Assembly (NCBI GenBank): GCA_964636705.1 | Contig: CAZWUJ010000013.1 | Span: 25,574-89,573, forward strand | DNA length: 64,000 nt | Source of the DNA: an uncultured Vicinamibacteraceae bacterium | GTDB taxonomy: Bacteria; Acidobacteriota; Vicinamibacteria; Vicinamibacterales; UBA8438 | Reading direction: 5' to 3' | Shown: positions 38,822 through 47,449 of the stretch, one piece after another | Numbering within the stretch: position 1 is the stretch's first letter | How the letters are laid out: each line of letters opens with the position of its first letter | Notes under the pieces: model-generated | What the model was told of the DNA's origin: nothing | The model's input: the letters and a program-made list of their open reading frames with translations, nothing else | The model's database searches: none | Made by a program: the position numbers and the translations under genes

Positions 38822-41170
38822 TCAGCCTCCGTTCAGCGCCGGCACCGTAACCGGCCGCGGCACGACGCGGGTGAAACCGCCCCGCTGCGTCAGCTCGCGT
38901 CCCTTGCCGCCCCGGCCCACGACCTCGTACTTCGCGGTGCTGATGTTCTGGGTGGCGCCACGGTCCGTCTCGACCGTCAGCAGGTCGCGGGCGCCGGACG
39001 ACGCGACGAATCCGATCACCTGGTCCCCATCCAGCAGCCGGATCAAGCGCACGCCCTTGCCGGGACCCGACAGGAAGTTGACCTCGCGCGCCTGGCAGAG
39101 GATGGCGCGTCCCTGGCGGGTGGCGGCGATCAGCACTTCGTTTCCGTTCATGGGGACGACCCCCAGGACCTCGCTCTTCCCCGCCGGCCGCGCGAACCTG
39201 CGGCCCGCCCGCGTGCTCGGCTCGGCGAACGGCGCCAGGCTGAACCGCAGGCTGTAGCCGTCGGTGGTGACGGCCACCGCATGCGTGCGCGGCTCGGGCT
39301 GGTCCGGCGCGTCCGCGATGCCGGGGGCGAGGCGCGGGTCCAGGCTGAGCACCGACACCACCCGCTCGCCGTCCTTCAGCTTGAAGAGGCGCTGGATCGG
39401 CTCGCCGTAGCCGGTGGTGGCCGGGACATCGATCAGGCGGCACGAGTACGCCGTCCCGAAGTTGGTGAAGCAGACCATCACGGCGCGCGTGCTGCCGGCC
39501 ACGGCGGTCAGCAGGGCGTCGCCCTCGCGCAGCCGCGTCGCCGACGGGTCCTTGACTTCGCGCTGCCGCTTCACCCAGCCGTCGCGCGACACCAGGACAA
39601 CCGCGTTCTCGTCCACGATCAGGTCGTCCGCGCTGTAGGTCGCCTCGTCCGCGTCCGGCCCCTCGATCCGGGTCAGCCGCGGATTCAGCTTCGGGCCGCC
39701 ATAGGTCTTCCGGATCTCGACCAGCTCCTCGCGGACGATCGCCCAGCGGCTGTCCTCATCGCGGAGCTGTTGCGTGATCGTGTGGGCGCGGGTCCGCTTC
39801 TCCTTCAGTTCCTGCCGGATCAGGAGGATCTCGAGGCGCGCGAGCCGGTAGATTTTCAGCTCCAGGATCGCGTCGGTCTGCTCGGCGTCGAGCGGGAACC
39901 GCTCCATGATGCGCTTCGCCGCGTCCGCCTTCCCCTCCGAACGCCGGATCAGCGCGATGATCTCGTCCAGCGCGTCGAAGACCAGGGTGAAGCCCTCCAG
40001 CAGGTGGATCCGCTTCGTGAGGGCGGCCAGCTCGTGCTCCAGCCGTAGAGTCACCACATCCAGACGGAAGTGGAGGAAGTGGCTGAGCACGGCCTTCAGG
40101 TCGAGCCGCTCGGGGCGTCCGACGCCCGCATGCTCGGTCGGCACGAGGCACGTGAGGTTGACCGGGAAGGTGGACTGCAGCGGCGTGTGGCGGAAGAGGT
40201 ACGCCATCACCTTCCGCTCGTCGGCATCCCGCTTCAGCTCCAGCTCGATCCGGACGTCGTCGGTCGAGACGTCCTTCACGTCGAGCAGATGCGGCAGCTT
40301 CCGGCCGATCACGACCTCGGCGATCCGCTCGACCAGTTGCGCCTTGTTGACGCCGTAGGGCACCGACGTGATGTGGACCGTCTTCGACCCGCGGTGCGCC
40401 CGCGCCGGCTCCCAGGTCGCCCGGATCCGCAGGGTGCCCGCGCCCGTCACGTAGATCTGCCGTAGCTCGTCCGCGGTGTTCACCAGCGTCCCGCCGGTCG
40501 GGAAGTCAGGTCCCTTGACCCAGCGCGCCAACTCGGCGCTCGTCAGTTCGAGGTTGTCGACGAGATGCACGAGCGCCGTCGAGACCTCGCCCAGGTTGTG
40601 GGGCGGGATGTTGGTCGCCATGCCGACGGCGATGCCGGTGGCGCCGTTCACCAGCAGGTTCGGCATCCGCGCCGGCAGCACGACCGGTTCCTGCCGGGTG
40701 CCGTCGTAGTTGGGCTGGAAGGGGACGGTGTCCCGATCGATCTCGGCCAGCAGCTCGGCGCTGATCGGCGCGAGGCGGCACTCCGTGTAGCGCATCGCCG
40801 CGGCGCCGTCGCCGTCCAGCGATCCGAAGTTGCCGGATCCGTCGATGAGCGGCGCGCGCAGGGTGAACGGCTGCGCCATCCGGACCAGGGTGTCGTAGAT
40901 CGCGGTGTCGCCATGCGGGTGGTAGCTCCCCATCACGTCGCCCACCACCTTCGCGCACTTCCGCGGCTTCGCATCGGCGCGGAGCCGCTGCTGCCACATC
41001 GTGTAGAGGATGCGGCGCTGCACCGGCTTCAACCCGTCGCGCACGTCGGGCAGCGCCCGCGACGTGATGACCGACAGCGCGTAGTTGAGGTAGCGCGACT
41101 CCGCCGCGGCGTCGAGGCTTACGACTTCGTCGCGGCCGCCCCGGCGCGCGAGAAGGTCCATCTGAGTCAT
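38822..41170 (-). CDS. Type IIA topoisomerase subunit A (GyrA/ParC family, ParC-like signatures)
   Basis: '[32 protein letters not shown]', 'HPHGD' and active-site 'AAMRYTE'. The gene lies 8 nt upstream of the B subunit. Confidence 0.9.
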   Translation of the reverse strand: MTQMDLLARRGGRDEVVSLDAAAESRYLNYALSVITSRALPDVRDGLKPVQRRILYTMWQQRLRADAKPRKCAKVVGDVMGSYHPHGDTAIYDTLVRMAQPFTLRAPLIDGSGNFGSLDGDGAAAMRYTECRLAPISAELLAEIDRDTVPFQPNYDGTRQEPVVLPARMPNLLVNGATGIAVGMATNIPPHNLGEVSTALVHLVDNLELTSAELARWVKGPDFPTGGTLVNTADELRQIYVTGAGTLRIRATWEPARAHRGSKTVHITSVPYGVNKAQLVERIAEVVIGRKLPHLLDVKDVSTDDVRIELELKRDADERKVMAYLFRHTPLQSTFPVNLTCLVPTEHAGVGRPERLDLKAVLSHFLHFRLDVVTLRLEHELAALTKRIHLLEGFTLVFDALDEIIALIRRSEGKADAAKRIMERFPLDAEQTDAILELKIYRLARLEILLIRQELKEKRTRAHTITQQLRDEDSRWAIVREELVEIRKTYGGPKLNPRLTRIEGPDADEATYSADDLIVDENAVVLVSRDGWVKRQREVKDPSATRLREGDALLTAVAGSTRAVMVCFTNFGTAYSCRLIDVPATTGYGEPIQRLFKLKDGERVVSVLSLDPRLAPGIADAPDQPEPRTHAVAVTTDGYSLRFSLAPFAEPSTRAGRRFARPAGKSEVLGVVPMNGNEVLIAATRQGRAILCQAREVNFLSGPGKGVRLIRLLDGDQVIGFVASSGARDLLTVETDRGATQNISTAKYEVVGRGGKGRELTQRGGFTRVVPRPVTVPALNGG

Positions 41171-41249
41171 CGCATGCAGCCCTCTTGCTTCCGGTTTCTC
41201 TTATCGGACGATCCGTGCAGTTTCGTGCCGATCTGCGCGGACTCGGAGG

Positions 41250-41906
41250 TCACCATGGATCGCGCGGCCCGAGGCCGAGCAGGGCCAGCAGTTCACCCAG
41301 GACCATGGCCGTCGCTCCCCAGACCCGCTCGTTGCGCAACGCGAAGTACGGCACGTCGAACCACTGATCGCGGCGCCAGCGGACGCCGAGCCGAAGATTC
41401 TCCGGATCCGCAACCTCGTCGAGCGGCACCGGCAGCAGGCGCGCCACCTCCGCCGCCCCGCGGCGCATGGCTGGCATGTGGCCGGCCACGCCGACCACCG
41501 GGTGGAGCACGTAGCCGCTGACGTTGATGTAGATCGGGGTCAGCTCCCCCACGAGACCGACGCCCGCGGCAGCGACGCCGGCTTCCTCGAACGCCTCGCG
41601 CAGCGCCGCCTGCTGCACCGTCTCGCCCGGTTCCACCAGCCCGCCGGGGAACGACACCTGCCCCGCGTGGAGGCGAAGCCGTCCATCGCGGACCGTCAAC
41701 AGAATGTGCGGCGCGTCGTCCTGTAAATACAGCAGCACGAGCGCGGCGGCGGCCTTGGCATCGTCCGGGATCTCGCCCGGCCGCCAGCCGTGCCGCAGCG
41801 GCTTCGGCGCCAGCAGGGCGTGCGCGTCCAGCCCCGTGCGCGACGCGTGGGCGGCGTCCTGAAAGCGCAAGGCGATCTGATACAGTGGCGCGGAATCGAC
41901 CGGCAC
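41250..41906 (-). CDS. Nudix hydrolase (CoA pyrophosphatase-like)
   Basis: Nudix box 'FPGGLVEPGETVQQAALREAFEEAGV'. Confidence 0.8.
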   Translation of the reverse strand: MPVDSAPLYQIALRFQDAAHASRTGLDAHALLAPKPLRHGWRPGEIPDDAKAAAALVLLYLQDDAPHILLTVRDGRLRLHAGQVSFPGGLVEPGETVQQAALREAFEEAGVAAAGVGLVGELTPIYINVSGYVLHPVVGVAGHMPAMRRGAAEVARLLPVPLDEVADPENLRLGVRWRRDQWFDVPYFALRNERVWGATAMVLGELLALLGLGPRDPW

Positions 41907-41953
41907 GGTAGGACACCTAATCTTACTGCGGCCCGCACCGACAGTTCCTCGCG

Positions 41954-43375
41954 ATGAGCGACAGCGACACGGGCCGACCCAAACGAACCTTCGATCGCGC
42001 GATCGTCGAGGGCCCGCTTCCCCGCGCCGTCTGGCGCATCGCCTGGCCCACCATGCTGCAGAACGTCATTGGCGGGATGCAGGGGATCATCGACCAGGCG
42101 ATGGTCGGCAACGTCGTGGGCCACATCGGCAACGCGGCGATCGGCGTCAGCACCCAGATATTCATCCTGGTGATCGTCTTCGTCGCCTCCGTCTTCAGCG
42201 GGATGGGGGTGCTCGTCGCCCGCTTCGCCGGCGCCAACGATTCCGACAAGGTGAACCGCGTCGTCTACCAGGCGTTCCTCACCGCGGTCGTGATGTCGCT
42301 GCTGATCCTGGCGCCCATCGGCTACGTCGCGGCGCCGGCGCTGCTCGCGATGGTGAACGCGGCGCCGGAGGTCCAGTCCGAAGCCCTGCCCTACCTCCGC
42401 ATCATGTTCGTGTTCAGCATCGGCATGCTGATCTTCTTCATGATGAGCGGCGCGCTCCGCTCCGCCGGCGATGCCCGGACGCCGCTCCGCCTGGGCGTGG
42501 TGATGACCGCGCTCAACATCGTGCTGAACGTCATCCTGATTGGCGGACTGGGTCCGATTCCGGCGTTCGGAACCATCGGGGCGGCGATGGGCACCGCGAT
42601 TGCGACCGGTGCGACCGCGCTGGTCTTCCTCTGGCTGCTCTTCTCGGATCGCCTCGTCGTCCACTTCTCCTGGCGGATGTCGTTCGCGCCCGACTGGCAG
42701 ATCATCCGCGAGCTGTTCCGCTTCGGCCTGCCGACCGGCTTCCAGGGGATCGTGATGAACATTGCCGGCCTGCTGCTCATCCGGTTCGTCGGATCGCTCG
42801 CCCAGAGCGCCGAGGCCCAGGCCGCCTATGCGGTCGGCTACACGCAGCTCTTTGCTCTAATCACCTGGACGTCGGTCGGGCTGATGGCCGCCACGGCGGC
42901 GGTGGCGGGACAGAACCTGGGCGCGGGCCGGCCGGAGCGAAGCACGCGCGCCGCGGTGGTCGCCGCCGGTTACGGCGTGGGTGGCGCGGCTGCGATCGGC
43001 GCGGCATTCCTGGCGTTTCCAGGTCCGCTGCTCGCCGTCTTCGGCATGACCAGCGGGCCGGCGTTCGACCTGGGACGGCAACTGCTCGCGTACCTTTCCA
43101 TTTCCGCCATCTTCGTCACCGTCGCGCTCATCTACACCGGCGGCCTGCAGGGGACCGGCGACACGCGGAGCCCGCTCTACATCTCGATCGTCTCGCAGGT
43201 GATCATTCCGATTGGCCTCTGCACCTACCTCCAGGCGACCACCGGCCTGGAAGCGTCCGACATCTGGCTGGCGATAGTGCTGGGCCATGTCACCCGCGCC
43301 TCGCTGAGCGTCGCCCGCTTCCACCAGGGCAAGTGGCGCGACATCGCCGTCGACATCGGACCGGCGCGGGCGTAG
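41954..43375 (+). CDS. MATE-family efflux transporter
   Basis: 473 aa with about 12 TM segments. 'LPRAVWRIAWPTMLQNVIGGMQGIIDQAMVG' is a typical MATE N-terminus. Confidence 0.85.
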   Translation: MSDSDTGRPKRTFDRAIVEGPLPRAVWRIAWPTMLQNVIGGMQGIIDQAMVGNVVGHIGNAAIGVSTQIFILVIVFVASVFSGMGVLVARFAGANDSDKVNRVVYQAFLTAVVMSLLILAPIGYVAAPALLAMVNAAPEVQSEALPYLRIMFVFSIGMLIFFMMSGALRSAGDARTPLRLGVVMTALNIVLNVILIGGLGPIPAFGTIGAAMGTAIATGATALVFLWLLFSDRLVVHFSWRMSFAPDWQIIRELFRFGLPTGFQGIVMNIAGLLLIRFVGSLAQSAEAQAAYAVGYTQLFALITWTSVGLMAATAAVAGQNLGAGRPERSTRAAVVAAGYGVGGAAAIGAAFLAFPGPLLAVFGMTSGPAFDLGRQLLAYLSISAIFVTVALIYTGGLQGTGDTRSPLYISIVSQVIIPIGLCTYLQATTGLEASDIWLAIVLGHVTRASLSVARFHQGKWRDIAVDIGPARA

Positions 43376-43387
43376 TCTCGCCGAGCT

Positions 43388-43410
43388 GGTTCGCCGCCCT
43401 CCAGGCCGGC
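43388..43410. repeat. Single degenerate REP-like unit
   Basis: GGTTCGCCGCCCTCCAGGCCGGC lies between the MATE stop and the next gene. The left stem arm is degenerate. Confidence 0.5.
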
Positions 43411-43452
43411 ATTGGATCGGCCCCGTTCCCTCCGGTATACACTCCCGCTCCT

Positions 43453-44610
43453 ATGTCCGAGCTTCCTCCCAATCAGCAACCTTCCACGATTGCCGCCCAG
43501 GCGGGCGGATGGATCGATCCACCCACCGGCGGACTCGTCCCGCCCATCCATACCGCGGTGCAGTATCAGCGGACGCCGGAAGGTGAGGCGACGGCGGGGC
43601 GCATCTACACGCGCGATCAGAATCCGACCTACGAACCGCCCGAGCGGCTGCTCGCCACGCTGGAGGGCGGGAGCGCCGCGATGCTGTTCAGCTCCGGCGT
43701 ATCGGCCGCCATCAGCGCGTTCGAGACCCTGGAGATCGGCGCGCACGTCGTTGCGCCGGTCGAGATGTACTGGATGCTGCGCCGCTGGCTCGAGATGCAG
43801 CACGAACGGAAGCGGCTCGAGCTGGAGCTGGTGCCGAACGGCGACCTGGACGCCCTGCGCGCGGCGCTCCGCCCGGGCGAGACGCGCATCGTCTGGGCCG
43901 AGACTCCCGCCAACCCCGGCGGCGTCATCACCGACCTGCGCGCCGCGGCGGAGATCGCGCACGCCGCGGGCGCGCGCCTCGGCGTGGACAACACGGTGCC
44001 GACTCCTGTCCTGACGCGGCCCATCGAGCATGGCGCGGACCTCGTCATGCACTCCGCGACCAAGCAGCTCAACGGCCACTCCGACGTGCTCGCGGGCGCC
44101 CTCGTCACGGCCGAGGAAGACGACTTCTGGAGGGCGTGCCGCCGCGAGCGGGCGTTTCGCGGCGCCGTGCTCGGCCCCTTCGAGAGCTGGCTGCTGCTGC
44201 GCGGCATGCGGACCGTCGTTCTGCGCGTCAAGGCGTCGGCCCGGAACGCCCAGCGGATTGCCGAGCACTTCGTCGGCCATCCCGCCGTCGCGGACGTGCG
44301 CTATCCCGGGCTGCCCGGCTTTCCGGGACACGCCATCGCAGCGCGCCAGATGGACGGGGGCTTCGGAGCCGTCGTGTCCATGCGGATGGCAGGGGGCGCG
44401 ACGGCGGCGGCGCAGGTCGTCCGGTCGTTCCGCGTGTTCCACAACGCCACGTCGCTCGGCGGCGCCGAGAGCCTCGCCGAGCAGCGCCGGATGTCGGAGG
44501 GGCCGGGCTCCCCTGTTCCCGACGACCTCGTGCGCTTTTCCGTCGGCATCGAGGCGGCCGAGGATCTCATCGCCGACATCGAACAGGCGTTCGACCGCGT
44601 GACCGCCTGA
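43453..44610 (+). CDS. Cys/Met-metabolism PLP-dependent enzyme (cystathionine gamma-synthase/lyase family)
   Basis: 'YTRDQNPT', PLP-lysine context 'HSATKQLNGHSDVLAG' and 'SLGGAESL'. ATG at 43453. Confidence 0.85.
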   Translation: MSELPPNQQPSTIAAQAGGWIDPPTGGLVPPIHTAVQYQRTPEGEATAGRIYTRDQNPTYEPPERLLATLEGGSAAMLFSSGVSAAISAFETLEIGAHVVAPVEMYWMLRRWLEMQHERKRLELELVPNGDLDALRAALRPGETRIVWAETPANPGGVITDLRAAAEIAHAAGARLGVDNTVPTPVLTRPIEHGADLVMHSATKQLNGHSDVLAGALVTAEEDDFWRACRRERAFRGAVLGPFESWLLLRGMRTVVLRVKASARNAQRIAEHFVGHPAVADVRYPGLPGFPGHAIAARQMDGGFGAVVSMRMAGGATAAAQVVRSFRVFHNATSLGGAESLAEQRRMSEGPGSPVPDDLVRFSVGIEAAEDLIADIEQAFDRVTA

Positions 44611-44649
44611 GGAGCCCGACCGCCTGTCCGCCTGAGGAAACTGACCGCC

Positions 44650-45171
44650 ATGGCCCAGCCTGACGCAACCCGCCGTAACGACCCGGCGACCTTCCGGATC
44701 GACCCGGCGACGCCGGCCGACGTCCCGCTCATCCTCGCGCTCATCCGGGAGCTGGCCGAGTACGAAGCGCTTCTGGACGACGTCGTGGCGACCGACCAAA
44801 TGATCCACGACGCGCTCTTCGGCGACTCGCCGCACGCCGAGGCGGTGGTCGCCCGCGTCGGCGACGAACCCGTCGGCTTCGCCCTCTACTTCCACACCTT
44901 CTCGACCTTCCTCGCGCGCCCCGGCCTCTACCTGGAGGACCTCTACGTCCGGCCGGCGCACCGCGGAAACGGCTACGGCCGCCGGCTGCTCGTGCACCTC
45001 GCCCGCATCGCGGTCGAGCGCGGCTGCGGCCGGTTCGAGTGGTCCGTTCTCGACTGGAACGAGCTGGCGCAGGGCACCTACCGGCGAGCCGGCGCGGTGC
45101 CGATGGATGAGTGGACCGTCTGGCGGCTGACCGGGGAGGCGTTGCGGAGGCTGGCCGACGAGGGGGATTGA
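44650..45171 (+). CDS. GNAT-family N-acetyltransferase
   Basis: 'IDPATPADVPLILALIRELAEYE' and motif A 'LYVRPAHRGNGYGRRLL'. Confidence 0.85.
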   Translation: MAQPDATRRNDPATFRIDPATPADVPLILALIRELAEYEALLDDVVATDQMIHDALFGDSPHAEAVVARVGDEPVGFALYFHTFSTFLARPGLYLEDLYVRPAHRGNGYGRRLLVHLARIAVERGCGRFEWSVLDWNELAQGTYRRAGAVPMDEWTVWRLTGEALRRLADEGD

Positions 45172-45272
45172 CGGCGTCGCGCGTTCACAATCAAGGCGGC
45201 TGCCAAGCTCAACCGGATCGTGCACGAAGTCGGGGCCCGCGCCAACCCTCGTCAAACAACGCGAACAAGTCA

Positions 45273-45684
45273 GCACGGAATCCCGGGCGCTGGCGAGAGC
45301 CGCAAGGGCCTGCGCCCTGGTCACTGACGGGAATTGGTCGAGGAACTCTTCAAGCGACTCGCCGCCCTCCAGGTAATCGAACAGCGTCCGGGCCGGCACC
45401 CGAGTACCACGAAATACTGGCGTGCCACCGGAAATCTCCGGGTCGCTGTGAACGATCGACTCCGAGACAGTCGGTACGTCGGCCAGCTCCCCGCCGGCGG
45501 CGAACGCAAGACAGGCGCGAATGTCCTCGCGTTCCAGGTCGGGGAAGTCCCGCAGAATGTCGCCCTCGGATATGCCGGACGCCAGGTAGTCGAGCACGTC
45601 GGAGACCGTCATGCGCAAGCCGCGGATGCAGGGCTCATCGCCGCGCTTTCCGGGCTCAATCGTGATCCGGTCCAGGTGCGCCAT
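45273..45684 (-). pseudogene. Tandem DUF433-DUF433 ORF that has lost its stop codon
   Basis: 'ITIEPGKRGDEPCIRGLRMTVSDVLDYLASGISEGDILRDFPDLEREDIRACLAFAA' is followed by 'DPEISGGTPVFRGTRVPARTLFDYLEGGESLEEFLDQFPSVTRAQALAALA'. The frame then runs antisense through the GNAT and PLP genes to 43225. The paralogous remnant at 52180 keeps the stop that is lost here through a 2-nt length difference. Confidence 0.55.
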
Positions 45685-45699
45685 CGGCTCGGCCTACGG

Positions 45700-45895
45700 A
45701 TTCCCATGCTCGACTCTGGAGTCCAGATGCTTGACTTCGTGTTCCAGGACCGCCTTGACCTGCCTCTACGGTTGCGCCTTCCGCCAGGTTCGCGAACAGG
45801 CTCGATACGGGCACCCGGCTGTCCTTGAATACCCACGCGCCGCTGAGCCTTCCCGGTACGCTCTCCACCGCAGGGCACGTTGTCCAATCCGCCAT
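45700..45895 (-). pseudogene. DUF433-like gene with internal deletion and frameshift
   Basis: 'SGAWVFKDSRVPVSSLFANLAEGATVE' is in one frame and the C-terminal 'VKAVLEHEVKHLDSRVEHGNP*' is in another. Confidence 0.5.
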
Positions 45896-46132
45896 GTCGT
45901 TACCTCTCGAACCGGAAGCCGGTCATGCACATGCTCGCCCGCCATCGAACGATACGCGAAATAGCAGGCAGCCCGGCACTCTGGTCCAGTGAACGCCCAG
46001 GCCGCACTGATCCTGCCGAGGTTTCGTTGCGATCCGGAACTGCGTCACTCAGGGTCGATGGTCGTCGCGGTAGGCTCCTTCCCCGCTGTTTGCTCTGCTG
46101 TGCCGTCCTGAGACGCGACGCGGCGCGGCTCA

Positions 46133-47449
46133 TCATTCCCCGGCCGCGTAGATCGTGAGCATGAGTTCTGCTTCGTCGACAAGGCGATATTCCGGCGTTC
46201 TCCCGGACAGTTGTTCACTGTTCTCCAGGATCAGGCGCACGCCCTCGCCGCGCCGGTCCGTGAGGGCGCGGCGGTCGGTGCCGAGCCAGGGAACCTCGGC
46301 CGGCACCGCGCACCTTGCCAGCAGGCTCATGACAACGTCGTTGCGGGTGGACTGCAAGTAGGCGAGATTCTCGACCGTCATTCCGTTCGGGATCGCACCG
46401 GGAGAGTGGAGCTCCAGCCGATTCTCGAACAACTGCAATCTGACTTTGGCCCCGTGAATCGCGTAGTCTCGATGGGCGACAGCATTGACGACGGCTTCGA
46501 ACACAGCCGTCATGTCGAAACACGGGATGTCCCTGCGCCCGAGGTCCTTGACCGCCGCCACCTTCATGTTTCTCGTGACGAAACGGCACGCACCCTCAAT
46601 CTGAGCATCCAGCGGCCCGGTGATGTCGGCGGCATCAAGCTGGTAGGGCGCCCCCGTTGCGTCCGGCCGAATCGCATCACCCCGGTAGGCGACGGCCTGC
46701 ACGTAGGCGTTCGGCAGCCAGCGGCGCGGGTCGCGCGTCCCGATGAGCACGCCAGCTACGGTGGGTCGCGCCATGCCGTCGTCATCCCGGCGCGCCAAGC
46801 CAAGCTTTGCCAGAAACGTCTCCCGATCCTCATCGGAGCGGGGCCCCCTAAAGCGCTCCCAGAGATCCGCGTCCAAGTCGTCGATCCGGGCGTTGGACAC
46901 GATCTGCTCATCAAAGCGGATGAGCCGCGTCTGGCTACGCTGCTGGAATAGCCGCGCCAGATACTCGGGAGACATGACGCGTCGTGCGCTGCCGACGCGG
47001 TACAGGTAGCCTCCGGGGCTCCGGTGCACGAAGAGACTGCGTGGCACGTCGATCCTGATGACCGGCACGTCTTCGCCCGTGGTCGTGGGAAGTTCCAGTC
47101 GCTCGATAGCGGCGGTGAGGGGTGGTTCCACCGAGTCGTGACACAACTCGTGGACGAAGCGCTCGACCGTGTCGAGGCAGTGGAGGGGAATCCCCAGCAC
47201 CTCACGCGTGCGGTCTTCGATGCCCAGAATCAGGACGCCCCCACGACTGTTGGCGAAGGCAGCCAGCTCGTCGGCCAGTGACTCCCGCCGCGGTTCGGAG
47301 ACGCGATCGCCTGTGAAGCGAACCTCCTTGCATTCGAGGAACGAGTCCTCACCCAATCGGATCTTGTCGAGCAGCTCCTTCCGACTGTCAAACACCAGCC
47401 GGCTCCCGTCCCAACCGGCGGTACCGGCGTCCGAACGCCTCGCGGCCAC
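46133..47449 (-). CDS. AlbA_2 (Schlafen-like) DNA-binding domain protein with HATPase_c_4-like C-terminus
   Basis: 'EDSFLECKEV...LADELAAFANSRGGVLILGIED' (AlbA_2) and 'AVFEAVVNAVAHRDYAIHGAKVRLQLFENRLELHSPG'. An alternative GTG start at 47395 overlaps the upstream stop (GTGTTTGA). Confidence 0.75.
   Translation of the reverse strand: MAARRSDAGTAGWDGSRLVFDSRKELLDKIRLGEDSFLECKEVRFTGDRVSEPRRESLADELAAFANSRGGVLILGIEDRTREVLGIPLHCLDTVERFVHELCHDSVEPPLTAAIERLELPTTTGEDVPVIRIDVPRSLFVHRSPGGYLYRVGSARRVMSPEYLARLFQQRSQTRLIRFDEQIVSNARIDDLDADLWERFRGPRSDEDRETFLAKLGLARRDDDGMARPTVAGVLIGTRDPRRWLPNAYVQAVAYRGDAIRPDATGAPYQLDAADITGPLDAQIEGACRFVTRNMKVAAVKDLGRRDIPCFDMTAVFEAVVNAVAHRDYAIHGAKVRLQLFENRLELHSPGAIPNGMTVENLAYLQSTRNDVVMSLLARCAVPAEVPWLGTDRRALTDRRGEGVRLILENSEQLSGRTPEYRLVDEAELMLTIYAAGE

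Noticed and set aside
38900-38960. 'GRGGKG' in topoisomerase subunit A, considered as a GyrA box proving gyrase identity
   Set aside because: The canonical GyrA box lies in the first blade of the C-terminal domain, not about 30 residues from the C-terminus. On its own it cannot discriminate GyrA from ParC.
36679-40048. Several long alternative-frame ORFs across the topoisomerase genes (36679-38355 minus, 36960-38765 plus, 38762-40048 plus)
   Set aside because: All overlap the strongly supported GyrB/ParE-like and GyrA/ParC-like frames and translate to Arg/Pro/Gly-rich sequence without motifs.
43225-45272. Continuation of the 819-aa minus-strand ORF beyond the two DUF433 domains
   Set aside because: It runs antisense through the well-supported GNAT and PLP-enzyme genes and has no recognisable domains. 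It is explained by loss of the DUF433 stop codon plus the scarcity of stop codons in GC-rich DNA.
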